Source: Gammaproteobacteria bacterium (lineage in GTDB: Bacteria > Pseudomonadota > Gammaproteobacteria > Steroidobacterales > Rariloculaceae). From it: a DNA stretch of 64,000 nucleotides. The DNA lies in NCBI GenBank assembly GCA_036381515.1, contig DASVCR010000074.1:6629-70628 (forward strand). Reading direction: 5' to 3'. Below, one piece after another: positions 26,613 to 36,494 of this stretch (positions are counted from its first letter, which is position 1; the number at the start of each line of letters is the position of its first letter). The notes beneath the pieces were generated by a model, which did no database searches, was not told the DNA's origin, and saw nothing but the letters and a program-made list of their open reading frames with translations. The translations under genes and the position numbers were made by a program.

Positions 26613-27365
26613 TCACCCGAGCTGCGCGAGCCAGGCCGTGAAGACGGCCCATGCCTCGGTGCGTGCGATCACGACCCGGAGCCACTGCACGGTCACGATC
26701 AGCGCCAACCCCGCCACCCACATCGGGTGCACGCGGCCGATCGCGCGCCGGTCGAGCAGGACGACGCCGATGAGGAGCAGGTCCACGATCACGGCGCCGA
26801 TCACGATCCGCTCGGGCTGTGCGATCTGCGGCACGATCATGATCAGCCGCGCGATGGCTGCCTGGATGATCGAGAACGCAGCCAGCGTCATTGCGCGGCG
26901 GTGCACGTCCGGGCGTCCGATGTTCGTGATGCCGACGGCGATGAACGTCGTGAAAAGCAGCGTGCCCGAGAAGCTGAGCGCGGCGGCGGCCCGCGCCGCG
27001 TCGGGCCTCGGTCCGGGAAGGTTCGCCGCGAGGCTCACGATCGCGGCGAGTATCCCCGAGAACAGCATCCACGCCGCGAGCGCGATACCGAAGAGCCCCA
27101 GCATCATGTGCGCGCGGGTCCGCCGCGCTGCGGCCAGGCTCGTCTGCGCTACGAAGTAGAGCGTCCACGCGAAGAACAGCACGCCGTGCACAAGGATCGC
27201 CGGGTGCAGCGCGAGCGTGCCGGCGACGAGCGGCGAAAAGAAGGTCGGTGTGAAGCCTGCGAACGCGATCGACGCGAGCAGTAGGGCGGAGTAGACGTAA
27301 AGGCGCGGGCGAGACCGGCGACGCGTGCACGCAGACGCGACGGCCGATGGAACGGCTACGGTCAT
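26613..27365 (-). CDS. Integral membrane protein, function unknown
   Basis: This is the C-terminal part of track ORF 26613..28484(-). ATG at 27365 (MTVAVPSAV...). The remainder has about 7 hydrophobic helices. Upstream of this ATG the frame is antisense to the regulator gene. Confidence 0.7.
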   Translation of the reverse strand: MTVAVPSAVASACTRRRSRPRLYVYSALLLASIAFAGFTPTFFSPLVAGTLALHPAILVHGVLFFAWTLYFVAQTSLAAARRTRAHMMLGLFGIALAAWMLFSGILAAIVSLAANLPGPRPDAARAAAALSFSGTLLFTTFIAVGITNIGRPDVHRRAMTLAAFSIIQAAIARLIMIVPQIAQPERIVIGAVIVDLLLIGVVLLDRRAIGRVHPMWVAGLALIVTVQWLRVVIARTEAWAVFTAWLAQLG

Positions 27366-27464
27366 GAGACGATCTCCTGTCGCCGACCGCCGTCCGATTG
27401 CCGCGGCGTCCGGCTCGGACGACACTATGAGGTCCGGAGCCAGTGAAATCGCGTTGCCGGAACG

Positions 27465-29045
27465 ATGAAATACGGTGAGACCGGCATGGGGGAAGCCCGT
27501 ATCGGTGACCTGTCGACCGGTGTCCGGAGCGGCGCGAACCCGATCTACGCATTCGGCGAGTTTCGGCTCGATCCCGCCGGCCGCAGGCTGACGTGCACCG
27601 ACGGTGAGGTCGTCGCGATCACCGGCAAGCCCTTCGATGCGCTCGTGTACCTCGTCGAGCGCGCCGGAACGGTCGTGTCGCGCCGCGAGCTCGCGCATGC
27701 GTTGTGGCCGACGACGATCGTCGAGGACAACAATCTGAGCCAGGTCGTGCTTGCGCTGCGCCGCGTGCTCGGCGACGCGCAGGACGCGCCGCGTTTCGTC
27801 GCGACCGTGCCGCGCCGCGGCTATCAGTTCGTCGCCGCGGTCCGGCGGTTGCAGGCTGCACCGGACGGACCGTCGCTCGTCCCGGCACCGAGGCCGATGC
27901 GGCGGCACGGGCTCTTCGCGGCGGGCGTGCTCGCCGTCGCGGCGATCGCCGGAGCCTGGCTCGCGTCGCGCGACGATGCCGGCGCCGCGGGGGAAGGCCT
28001 CCCGCCGAATGTCTCGTCGAGAGCCCCGGAGCCGACGACGTCGCTCGAGGCCTATGCGCTCTACTCGCAGGCGGTCGCGCTCTACCGCGCGAGCGGCGGC
28101 ATCGGCGTCGGCATGCCGCTCGCCGTTCGCGAGACGCTGACGGCGCGCCTGGACGAGGCGCTCGCGATCGATCCGGACTTCGCGGCCGCGCTCGGCTGGC
28201 GCGCGCACGTGGCGCTCGACTCGTTGATGTTCGACCCGTTGCCCGCCGACGACTGGCCGCTGGCGAGCCGGCGGCTGATCGAGCGCAGCGAGCGCGACGC
28301 GAGCCGGGCACTCGAGCTCGACCCGGGGCTCGCGATTGCGCACGTCGCGCTCGCGCGTCTCGACATGTATCGCGGCCGGTTCGCCGAGTCGAAGGTGCGG
28401 CTCGACGAGGCGCGGCGGCTGCGGCCGACCGATTCCGTCGTGCTGCACTATCTCGCGCTCGTCGCGAATCTGCTCGGTGAGCATCGCGAAGCGGCCTCGG
28501 CGGCGCGGCGCGCCCTCGAGCTCGAGCCGAAGAACCCGGCGCCGTACGCGCCGCTCAGCGTCGCGCTGCGCGCCCTCGGCGACCAGGCCGGCGCGGCGGC
28601 GGCCGCGCGCGGCATGATCGAGGCCGCTCCGGCCGCGGCGATCGGCTACGTTACGCTCGCGCGGACGGAGACCGAGCGTGGCGACGTGCCGCGAATCCTC
28701 GAGGCGTTACGGCTCGCCGAGCGCTTTCTCGACGAAACGACGCGCAACTTCCGCGCCGACGCCGCGCTGTCGTACGCCCGCGCGGGCGCGCCCGAGGACG
28801 CCGCGAGGTTGATTCGCGAGATCGAGGAAGACAGCGCCGGACGCCATATCGGCCCGGGGCTCGCCGCGATGATGCGGCTCGCGGTCGGCGACTATGCGGG
28901 CGCGCGAGAGCTTCTCGACGAGGCGATCGCGGCTCGCGCGGACGGCATGGATCCGATGCCGCTCTTTCTGATCGCGCGCAATAGCTGGGCGGATCCGGTG
29001 CTCGAGCAGCCGGAATGGCGGGCGCTGCGCGAGCGGCTCGAGTGA
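27465..29045 (+). CDS. CadC/ToxR-like transcriptional regulator: OmpR/PhoB-type winged-helix, TM segment, periplasmic TPR domain
   Basis: YAFGEFRLDPAGRRLTCTDGEVVAITGKPFDALVYLVERAGTVVSRRELAHALWP...VATVPRRGYQFV. A TM segment (LFAAGVLAVAAIAGAWLA) and TPR-like repeats follow. Confidence 0.85.
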   Translation: MKYGETGMGEARIGDLSTGVRSGANPIYAFGEFRLDPAGRRLTCTDGEVVAITGKPFDALVYLVERAGTVVSRRELAHALWPTTIVEDNNLSQVVLALRRVLGDAQDAPRFVATVPRRGYQFVAAVRRLQAAPDGPSLVPAPRPMRRHGLFAAGVLAVAAIAGAWLASRDDAGAAGEGLPPNVSSRAPEPTTSLEAYALYSQAVALYRASGGIGVGMPLAVRETLTARLDEALAIDPDFAAALGWRAHVALDSLMFDPLPADDWPLASRRLIERSERDASRALELDPGLAIAHVALARLDMYRGRFAESKVRLDEARRLRPTDSVVLHYLALVANLLGEHREAASAARRALELEPKNPAPYAPLSVALRALGDQAGAAAAARGMIEAAPAAAIGYVTLARTETERGDVPRILEALRLAERFLDETTRNFRADAALSYARAGAPEDAARLIREIEEDSAGRHIGPGLAAMMRLAVGDYAGARELLDEAIAARADGMDPMPLFLIARNSWADPVLEQPEWRALRERLE

Positions 29046-29120
29046 CCGCCGCGTCGCCGCTCGTTTCCGTCCGCGCCGCGCGGGTGTAAGCTCGGTATCC
29101 CCACCTTCGAGGCCATCCCG

Positions 29121-29960
29121 ATGCCGCGCCCCCTCGTCATGCTCCTCCTCGCCTTCGCGGCCGCATCGTCTGTCGAGGCCGCCGACGTCAACGGCATTCC
29201 GATCCACTACTCGACGCACGGATCCGGTCCCGCGACGCTCGTGTTCGTGCACGGCTGGACGTGCGACGAGACCTCGTGGGCGACGCAGATCGAGCCGTTC
29301 TCGGATCGCTATCGCGTCGTGACCGTCGACCTGCCGGGGCACGGCAAAAGCGGCATGCCGGCCGCGGACGCGTTCTCGCTCGATCTCTTCGCGGATGCGG
29401 TCGAGGCGGTCCGCGCGGAAATCGGCGCGGAGTCGATCGTGCTGATCGGGCACAGCATGGGTGCGCCCGTCATTCGGCAATACGCGCGCCGGTACCCGCA
29501 GCACGTCGCGGCGCTCGTGCCCGTCGACGGACCGATATCGGTGCAGGCGTTCGTGCTCCCGGGCTCGGAGAGCGGGGGACCGCCGCAGTTTCCGGACGTC
29601 AGCGGTCCGGAAGGGCTCGACGCGCGCGAGACCGCGATCCGCGCGATGTTCACGCCGGACACGTCTGCCGAGGTCGAGGCGCACGTGCTCCGGATGATGC
29701 TCGCCGCGCCGGAAGCGACGGCGGTCGGCGCGCTGCGCGCGATGGGCGACGAGGCCGTGTGGGCCGACGCGACGATCCCGATGCCGGTCTACGCGATCTA
29801 TGCGGGGACGGCGCAAATGCCGGATGTTGCCGTGGTGCGGCAGAACGTGCCGGAGTTCGAGGTCGTGCAACTCGAAGGCACGGGCCACTTCCTAATGATG
29901 GAGAAGCCGGCCGAGTTCAACGCGCTGCTCGAAGGGTTCCTGGACAGGTTGGGGTTCTGA
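29121..29960 (+). CDS. Secreted alpha/beta hydrolase
   Basis: Signal peptide MPRPLVMLLLAFAAASSVEA. HGWTCDE...GHSMGAPV nucleophile elbow. C-terminal GTGHFLMMEKP. Confidence 0.85.
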   Translation: MPRPLVMLLLAFAAASSVEAADVNGIPIHYSTHGSGPATLVFVHGWTCDETSWATQIEPFSDRYRVVTVDLPGHGKSGMPAADAFSLDLFADAVEAVRAEIGAESIVLIGHSMGAPVIRQYARRYPQHVAALVPVDGPISVQAFVLPGSESGGPPQFPDVSGPEGLDARETAIRAMFTPDTSAEVEAHVLRMMLAAPEATAVGALRAMGDEAVWADATIPMPVYAIYAGTAQMPDVAVVRQNVPEFEVVQLEGTGHFLMMEKPAEFNALLEGFLDRLGF

Positions 29961-30008
29961 AACGGCCGGCCACGGCGGCGCCGCTGGCCGCGCTCTGTGC
30001 CGGGCGGC

Positions 30009-30545
30009 TCAAAGTCCGGTCGGAATGTCGACCGGCGCCTCCCTCCGCAGGAATTTCCATTCGCCGTCCTCGCGGATGAATTGGTCATCGTAATGGCCGA
30101 GGAACACGAGTCTCGGCGCGCCATCGTCGCCGGGCGTGACGTACAGCCACAGAGTCCGCGCCGACGCCTGGTCGCCGTCGATCTCGATCTGCTCATTCGT
30201 CAGGATGTGGAACGTCCCGGAGCCTTCCGGGCGCGGGTCGTGGCCGATGGTGTCGTCCATCAGCTTGAAGATCGCGTCCGGGCCTTTCGCCGAGCCGAGG
30301 CCGCCTACCCACTCGCCGTTCGTCGCGAACAGGCCCGCGAGCGTCCGATAGTCGCGATGATCGTGTGCCGTGCCGTACGCGAGGATCAGCGCGCGTATCG
30401 CCTCGCGGTCCTCGAGGATCCGAACGCGCGCGGCGAGCGCTTCGATGTCGGCCGGCGCCGGTGCCGGCTGCTGCGCGTGCGCACTGAGCGTCGACATCGC
30501 CGCGGCGACCGTTACCGCCGCGATTCGGGCAGATCGAGCGGACAT
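30009..30545 (-). CDS. SnoaL-like / NTF2-fold protein with signal peptide
   Basis: RBS GAGGAGGAA. LEDREAIRALILAYGTAHDHRDYRTLAGLFATNGEW is typical of SnoaL_4. Confidence 0.8.
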   Translation of the reverse strand: MSARSARIAAVTVAAAMSTLSAHAQQPAPAPADIEALAARVRILEDREAIRALILAYGTAHDHRDYRTLAGLFATNGEWVGGLGSAKGPDAIFKLMDDTIGHDPRPEGSGTFHILTNEQIEIDGDQASARTLWLYVTPGDDGAPRLVFLGHYDDQFIREDGEWKFLRREAPVDIPTGL

Positions 30546-30783
30546 CGTCTTTTCCTCCTCCGACTGTGAGACGATTGCACGACGAGCTTACGCGCGGCCG
30601 AGGCGGGGGGAAACGCGGCCGCGACGTGGCCGCGGAGTATTGGCGAATGCGGAATGATCTTAGCGTATCGCGCCAGTCTATCGCGGTGCCGCCCATTTGC
30701 GCTTCCCGCGACGCAAACGTCCGAGGTCAAGAAACTCTTTTCCAGTCAATATTTTGGGGCGCGCCGAGCCGTCCTCGGGACGC

Positions 30784-30799
30784 TGGCACACGAATTGCC
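30784..30799 (+). promoter_or_regulatory. Sigma54 (-24/-12) promoter candidate upstream of the transporter operon
   Basis: TGGCACacgaaTTGCC matches the TGGCAC-N5-TTGC consensus with exact GG/GC spacing. It sits about 170 nt upstream of ATG 30971 in a 420-bp lower-G+C intergenic region. Confidence 0.6.
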
Positions 30800-30970
30800 A
30801 TCAAGCCGGAGCCCAGGAAGGGCACGTAACGGCAAGAGGAAGTCAGGGGACTCGAAGGGGACGCATCGCGCGAGCGATGCCGGCGATCCGACCGGGGACG
30901 ATGTCCGCGCCAGCGGGCATCGCAGGGAGATACGACGAATGACAACCGGACGTTTGCGTAGGGGCAGGCG

Positions 30971-31891
30971 ATGGCTGCCGTGATCGTCGCCGACAGCGTC
31001 ACGCACGCGTACAAGGGGGGCACCGTCGCGCTCGACGACGTCAGCCTCGAGATCGGCACCGGCCTCTTCGGCCTGCTCGGCTCGAACGGCGCCGGCAAGA
31101 GCACGTTGATGCGGATCCTCTGCACACTGCTCGTGCCGACGCAGGGCCACGTGACCGTGGACGGGCTCGACGTCGTGGCCGAGCGGCGCAGCGTACGCCG
31201 CCTTCTCGGCTACCTGCCGCAGGAGTGGAGCGCGTGGCGCCTGCAAACGGTCACCGAGGTGCTCGACACGCTCGCCGCGCTTTCCGGCCTCGTGGACAAG
31301 AAGATGCGCAAGCGGCGCATCGCCGAGGTGCTCGACGCGGTCGGCCTCGCGAAGGTCGCGAACCGCAAGGTCAAGCAGCTTTCCGGCGGCATGGTGCGGC
31401 GCCTCGGCGTCGCGCAGGCGCTCGTGCACGAGCCGAAGGTGCTCGTCGTCGACGAGCCGACGGTCGGTCTCGATCCCGAGGAGCGCTTGAGATTCCGTCA
31501 GCTGATGGCCGAGCTCGGCCGCGACCGTGCGATCGTGCTGTCGACGCACATCGTCGCCGATCTCGGCGCCGCGTGTTCCGACCTCGCGGTCCTGCACCGC
31601 GGCAAGGTCGAGTTTCGCGGCTCGCCGGCGGAGCTCGTCCGGCGTGCCGCCGGCAAGGTCGTCGAAATCGCGGTGCCGGAGGCGGCGGAGGCCGACCTCG
31701 CCGAGCGGCTCGAGGTCGTCGCGCGCGAATCGGCGAACGGCCGCGTGTCGCTGCGCGGCGTGATCAAGGACGGGCACGTCCCGGACGGCGCCCGCGCCGT
31801 CGACGACGTGACCCTAGAGGAAGCCTATCTCGCGTTCATGGTCGAGCGCGGCCGTCACATCGACGAGCTCGGCATCGACGACGGCGCGTAA
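30971..31891 (+). CDS. ABC transporter ATP-binding protein (ABC-2 type)
   Basis: Walker A GSNGAGKST, signature LSGGMVRR, Walker B VLVVDEPTVGLD. Confidence 0.95.
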   Translation: MAAVIVADSVTHAYKGGTVALDDVSLEIGTGLFGLLGSNGAGKSTLMRILCTLLVPTQGHVTVDGLDVVAERRSVRRLLGYLPQEWSAWRLQTVTEVLDTLAALSGLVDKKMRKRRIAEVLDAVGLAKVANRKVKQLSGGMVRRLGVAQALVHEPKVLVVDEPTVGLDPEERLRFRQLMAELGRDRAIVLSTHIVADLGAACSDLAVLHRGKVEFRGSPAELVRRAAGKVVEIAVPEAAEADLAERLEVVARESANGRVSLRGVIKDGHVPDGARAVDDVTLEEAYLAFMVERGRHIDELGIDDGA

Positions 31892-31970
31892 GCGCCGAAG
31901 GCTCGACTTTTTCTCGCAACCGGGGAGAACGGCCATCATCAACGTAAGCCACATCCGCACGGTCGCCCGC

Positions 31971-34900
31971 ATGGAAGGGCGGCACACGCGCCGTCTCGTG
32001 CGGTACTGGGTGTTCCTGTCGATCGCGTACCTGCTGGGCATCGTGTCTTACTTCTATTACGGCACGCTGCACGCGCTCTTCTCGTCGATGTCGGCGACCG
32101 TCGGCTTGATCGGTCCCCGCTATCTGATAGGGGCGATCGCGGTCTATTACATCACCGGCTTCGTGCTCGGCATCGTTTTTCTCGGCTTCGACGTACGGGC
32201 ACGCGACGTCCGAGAAGGAATCGTCGAGGTGCTCGATTCCCGGCCGCTGACGAATCTCGAGCTCGTCGCCGGCCGGTTCCTCGCGCTCTTCCTCGCCGGG
32301 TGGGTGCCGATCGTGATCCTCGCGGTCCTGATCCAGGCGCTCGGATGGCTGTTGCCGCTCCTCGGCTCGCCGGTCGGACGCACGGTGGAGCCGCTGTCGC
32401 TCGTCACACTCGCCGTGCTGATGGCCGTGCCCGCGATCGCGTTCGCGATCGCGCTCGTCTTCGTCATCACGCTGCTCGTGCGGCATCGGCTTCTCGCGGC
32501 GCTGATCTCGATCGCCGCGATCGTCGGCGTGTACTGGGCGCTGTTCACGATCCCGGTGATCTACGCGCCGTTCGTCGATTTCCTCGGCATGACGTCGGCG
32601 GGCACGCCGTCGGACATCGTTCCGGTCCTCGCGATGCCGGACGCCGGTGCGCAACGTCTCGGCATCCTCCTGGTCGCGCTCGGGCTCGTCGGCATCGCGG
32701 CCGTGATCCATCCGCGGCTCGACGGGGGCCGCCGCGGGCGGCCCGCGGCAGCGTCGCTCGCGCTCGTGCTCGTGGGCTTCGCGCTGATCGCGATGACGGC
32801 GCAGATGCGCATCGGTCAGGCCGCGCAGATGGAGGCGTGGCGCACCGCTCACGAGGCCCGGCGCGACGAGCCGATCGCCGACATCGTATCGATCGCAGGC
32901 ACGATCGACATCGAACCCGGCCGCGCCGTCCTCGCCGATCTCACCGTCGAGCTCGAGGCGCCGCCCGACCAGTCCTTGAGCCGAGTGCTGCTCACGCTGA
33001 ACCCCGGCCTCGTCGTCGACGACGTGCGCACGGCCGGCGGTGCGACGCTCGCATTCACGCAGCGCGACGGTCTGCTCGACATCGAGCTCGATCGTGCGCT
33101 CGCCGCAGGCGGACGGGCCGCGCTGACGCTCCGCTACGCCGGCAAGCCGGAAACCAGGTTCGCGTATCTCGACTCGGCGATCCGGCTCGAGCAGCTGAAC
33201 GCGAACCAGTCGCAGATCGGGCTTCTCGGCTACGAGCCCGCCGTCTTCGACCGGCGCTATGTCGCGTTGATGCCCGGGATTCACTGGCTGCCGGCTGCGG
33301 GGGTCGACGTCGGCCGCGACGATCCGCGGCACCGGCCGACGGACTATTTCGACGTCGCGCTCGACGTCACGTTGCCGCCGTCATGGCTCGCCGCGGGGCC
33401 CGGCAAGCGGCAGCCCGTGAGCTCGACGGACGACGCGGCCACGTTCCGGTTCGCGCCTGCCGTCAGCGTTCCGGAGGTCGCGCTGGTCGCCGGCGAGCTC
33501 GAGAGCTTCGCAACCGAAATCCGCGGGATCACGTTCGAGGCGCTCGTGCATCCGAGACACGCGGACAACTTCAAGGTGCTCGCCGGCGCTCGTGTGGAGA
33601 TCGAGCAGTGGATCGCGGACCGTCTCGATGCGAGCGCGGACGCCGGGCTCGACTACCCGTTCGATGCGTTTACGGTCGTCGAGGTCCCGAACAGGCTGAG
33701 GGGCTTCGCCGGCGGCTGGCGTCTCGATACGGCGCTCGCGCCGCCCGGCATGATGCTTCTGCGCGAGACGAGCTTCCCGACGGCGCGGTTCGACTTCGAC
33801 GTGCGCACGGTGTTCGGCAACCTCGACCCGGATGCGCAGGAAGGCGGCGCTGCTCGGGTCAACCGCGATCGCGTCGTGGCGTTCTTCAGCAACGACATCG
33901 CCGGCGGCAACGTGTTCACGGGCGCGGCCCGCTCGTTCTTCGCGCACCGCACGTCGGCGGCAGGGCCGGACGCGATCGCGCTCGACTTCGTGCTCGAGGA
34001 GCTCGCGACGCTGCTCGTGTCGGGGCAGCGCGGCTACTTCTCGGCGCATCTCTTCACGAACATCAACCAGGCGACGACCAGCGTCGTGAGCTCGATGCAA
34101 GGCGCGAGCAGCATCGCCGACGCGATGATCACGAGCCGGACCACGCAGCCGGACGTCTGGAACGTCGCGCTCGACGTGCCGCTGTCCGATATCGATCCGT
34201 GGAGCGATCCGCAGCGGACGATCGACCTGCTCGCGCTGAAGGGCGGGGAGATGGCGCAGGCGATTTACGACACGCTCGGCCCGCGCGCCGTCGGCGAGCT
34301 GCTCGCCGCGCTGCTCGAGCGCCGCGCGGGCCGGTCGTTCACGCTCGCCGATCTCGTCGCGGCCGGCGCCGACGTCGACGAGAGCCTCGGCCCGATGCTG
34401 ACCGAATGGGTCGGCGGCACGGGCCTTGCGGGCTTCGTCGCGCAGCGCGTCGAGCTCTATCGGCTGCCCGACGAAGGCAACGGCGACAGCCGCTATCAGC
34501 TCCTCGTGCGCATCGCGAACCCCGAGCCCGTCGTCGGATATGCGCGGGTCGCGTGGACGATGGAGCGCGGCGGGTCGCGCACGTTCGGCGACCCGATCCG
34601 GATCGCCGGCCGCTCGGCGATCGAGTACGGCGTCGTGCTGTCGCAGCCGCCGGCGGTCGTCTACGTGCATCCGTATCTGTCGCTGAACCGCGGCGACTTC
34701 CTCGCCGGGCTCACAGACACCGCGGAGGTCAGGAGCCGGAACGCCGAGCCGTTCAACGGCGTCCGCGACGTGCCGATCGACGAGCTCGCGGACGCGCGCA
34801 TCGTCGCGGACGATCTCGACGAAGGCTTCACGATCGTCGACGACGAGGCCGGCGCCGACATGCGCCTCGCCGGGCGAGGCGGGCCGACGGCCGGCCTCGA

Positions 34901-35405
34901 CAACGGTCTGCCGATCGCGGTGGGCGCGCTCCCGCCGGGCGCATGGAGCCGCAGGGCGAATGAGACGGCCTGGGGCCGGTACCGGCACACGTTCGCCTTC
35001 GTCGGCGCGGGCGAGGGCAAGCGCCGGGCGGTCATGCCGGCGTCGATCCCGACGGCCGGGCTCTGGGAGCTCGAGATTCACCTGCCGTTCGTGCAGATCC
35101 TGCCGGCGCCGAACCGCGGCACGTGGCAGCTCGAGATCGTGACGGCCGACGGGCGTGAGACGGTCAGCTACGATGCGACGGTCGCGAACGTCGGATGGAA
35201 CCTCGTCGGCCGGTTCCAACTCCCGGCCGGCGATGTGCGCGTCGAGATCAGCGACCGGACCGACGGCCGCATGGTGATCGCCGACGCGGTCGGCTGGTCG
35301 CCGGTGAGGGCCGATCGCCCGGCGGACGACACGGGCTCGAGCGAAGCGCTCTCCGACGACGCGCCGAGCGACGCCAACTCGAACGACACGGACTCGACCC
35401 TATGA
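31971..35405 (+). CDS. ABC-2-type permease fused to a very large extracytoplasmic domain
   Basis: 1144 aa. The N-terminal ~300 aa are multi-TM (ABC-2-like). The long soluble region has no HEXXH that I can find. The in-frame upstream peptide AIINVSHIRTVAR looks like the usual permease N-terminus. The true start may therefore be a non-canonical ATC near 31935, preceded by GGGGAGA. Confidence 0.8.
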   Translation: MEGRHTRRLVRYWVFLSIAYLLGIVSYFYYGTLHALFSSMSATVGLIGPRYLIGAIAVYYITGFVLGIVFLGFDVRARDVREGIVEVLDSRPLTNLELVAGRFLALFLAGWVPIVILAVLIQALGWLLPLLGSPVGRTVEPLSLVTLAVLMAVPAIAFAIALVFVITLLVRHRLLAALISIAAIVGVYWALFTIPVIYAPFVDFLGMTSAGTPSDIVPVLAMPDAGAQRLGILLVALGLVGIAAVIHPRLDGGRRGRPAAASLALVLVGFALIAMTAQMRIGQAAQMEAWRTAHEARRDEPIADIVSIAGTIDIEPGRAVLADLTVELEAPPDQSLSRVLLTLNPGLVVDDVRTAGGATLAFTQRDGLLDIELDRALAAGGRAALTLRYAGKPETRFAYLDSAIRLEQLNANQSQIGLLGYEPAVFDRRYVALMPGIHWLPAAGVDVGRDDPRHRPTDYFDVALDVTLPPSWLAAGPGKRQPVSSTDDAATFRFAPAVSVPEVALVAGELESFATEIRGITFEALVHPRHADNFKVLAGARVEIEQWIADRLDASADAGLDYPFDAFTVVEVPNRLRGFAGGWRLDTALAPPGMMLLRETSFPTARFDFDVRTVFGNLDPDAQEGGAARVNRDRVVAFFSNDIAGGNVFTGAARSFFAHRTSAAGPDAIALDFVLEELATLLVSGQRGYFSAHLFTNINQATTSVVSSMQGASSIADAMITSRTTQPDVWNVALDVPLSDIDPWSDPQRTIDLLALKGGEMAQAIYDTLGPRAVGELLAALLERRAGRSFTLADLVAAGADVDESLGPMLTEWVGGTGLAGFVAQRVELYRLPDEGNGDSRYQLLVRIANPEPVVGYARVAWTMERGGSRTFGDPIRIAGRSAIEYGVVLSQPPAVVYVHPYLSLNRGDFLAGLTDTAEVRSRNAEPFNGVRDVPIDELADARIVADDLDEGFTIVDDEAGADMRLAGRGGPTAGLDNGLPIAVGALPPGAWSRRANETAWGRYRHTFAFVGAGEGKRRAVMPASIPTAGLWELEIHLPFVQILPAPNRGTWQLEIVTADGRETVSYDATVANVGWNLVGRFQLPAGDVRVEISDRTDGRMVIADAVGWSPVRADRPADDTGSSEALSDDAPSDANSNDTDSTL

Positions 35406-36490
35406 GCAAGCTCCGCCGGACCCGAAGCAGGATCGCCCCCATCGCCGTCGCGAGCGTGCTCGTCGCCGCTTGCGCGCCGCAGGGCGGCGAGCAAACCGTC
35501 GAGTTCCGCGTGCCGGTCACGGTCGAGGAAGTCGGCGTCGCGACGCTCGAGGACCGCATCGTCACGACCGGCACGCTGCGCACGCCGGAGCTCGTCACGC
35601 TGAGCGCGCTCGACACGGGCGTGCTCGAGATCAATCGCGCGCCGTCCGGGCGCCGCTACGCCGAGGGCGACTTCGTCGCGGCCGGCGAAGAGATCGCGCG
35701 GATCGTCGGCGAGGACGTGCGGATCGCCGCGCGCATGGCGGCCGCGCAGCGCAGCTTCGAGGCCGCGCGCGCCGAGCTCGAGGCGAATCGGGATCTGTTC
35801 CAGCGCGGGCTGATCAACCAGACGGCGCTGAACAGCGTCGCGAGCGCGTTCGAGGACGCGAAGCTCGAGCTCGAGCGCGCGCGCCGCACCGAGGAGCGCA
35901 ACATCCTGATCACGCCGATCGACGGGGTCATCCTGAAGCTCGCGCGCAACGAGGACGGCCAGCTCCTCGCGAACGGCCAGCTCGTGAATCCGAATCAGAT
36001 GATCGCGCAGATCGCGCCGCTCGATCCGCTGATCGCCGACGTCGATCTCGTCGGCCGCGACATCGCCGTGGTGCGCGTCGGGCTCGAGGCGCGCGTCCGC
36101 TATCACGCGTGGCCGCACGAGGAGTTCACGGGCAAGGTGTTGCGGCTCGCGCCGACCGTCGACCCGCGCACGCGAGCGCTGCGCGCCGAGGTCGAGGTCG
36201 GCAACGCCGAGCGCGTGCTGCGCCCCGGGATGTTCGTCGAGGTCGTGCTGATCGGCGAGCGCCGCGAGAACGTGCCCGTCGTGCCCAGGCGCGCACTGAC
36301 CGATCGCGGCGGAAGGCGCGTCGTCTTCGTGCTGCGCGGGCAGCGCGTCGAGCAGCGCGCCGTCGAGATCGGGCTCGGCGACGACGAGTACGTCGAGATC
36401 CGGCAGGGCGTCGAGCCCGGCGACCGCGTCGTCGTCCGCGGCCTCGAGACGCTGACCGACCAGATGCTGGTGCGCGTCACCGGGCCGTGA
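35402..36490 (+). CDS. Efflux RND periplasmic adaptor (membrane fusion protein), lipoprotein
   Basis: The ATG overlaps the upstream stop (ATGA). Lipobox ASVLVAAC. It has HlyD/MFP-type coiled-coil and beta-barrel motifs (ITPIDGVILKL..., RPGMFVEVVL). Confidence 0.9.
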   Translation: MSKLRRTRSRIAPIAVASVLVAACAPQGGEQTVEFRVPVTVEEVGVATLEDRIVTTGTLRTPELVTLSALDTGVLEINRAPSGRRYAEGDFVAAGEEIARIVGEDVRIAARMAAAQRSFEAARAELEANRDLFQRGLINQTALNSVASAFEDAKLELERARRTEERNILITPIDGVILKLARNEDGQLLANGQLVNPNQMIAQIAPLDPLIADVDLVGRDIAVVRVGLEARVRYHAWPHEEFTGKVLRLAPTVDPRTRALRAEVEVGNAERVLRPGMFVEVVLIGERRENVPVVPRRALTDRGGRRVVFVLRGQRVEQRAVEIGLGDDEYVEIRQGVEPGDRVVVRGLETLTDQMLVRVTGP

Positions 36491-36494
36491 GAAC

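Noticed and set aside
30546-30970. Small ORFs (30566..30829, 30654..30983, 30697..30942) in the 420-bp region upstream of the transporter operon
   Set aside because: They have no RBS, no GC3 bias and basic low-complexity translations. The region is better explained as a promoter/leader (sigma54 motif and stem-loops).
31971-35405. Calling the large permease fusion an M1 aminopeptidase
   Set aside because: I could not find an HEXXH zinc motif (only HEARR) or GxMEN, so a peptidase call is not supported from sequence alone.
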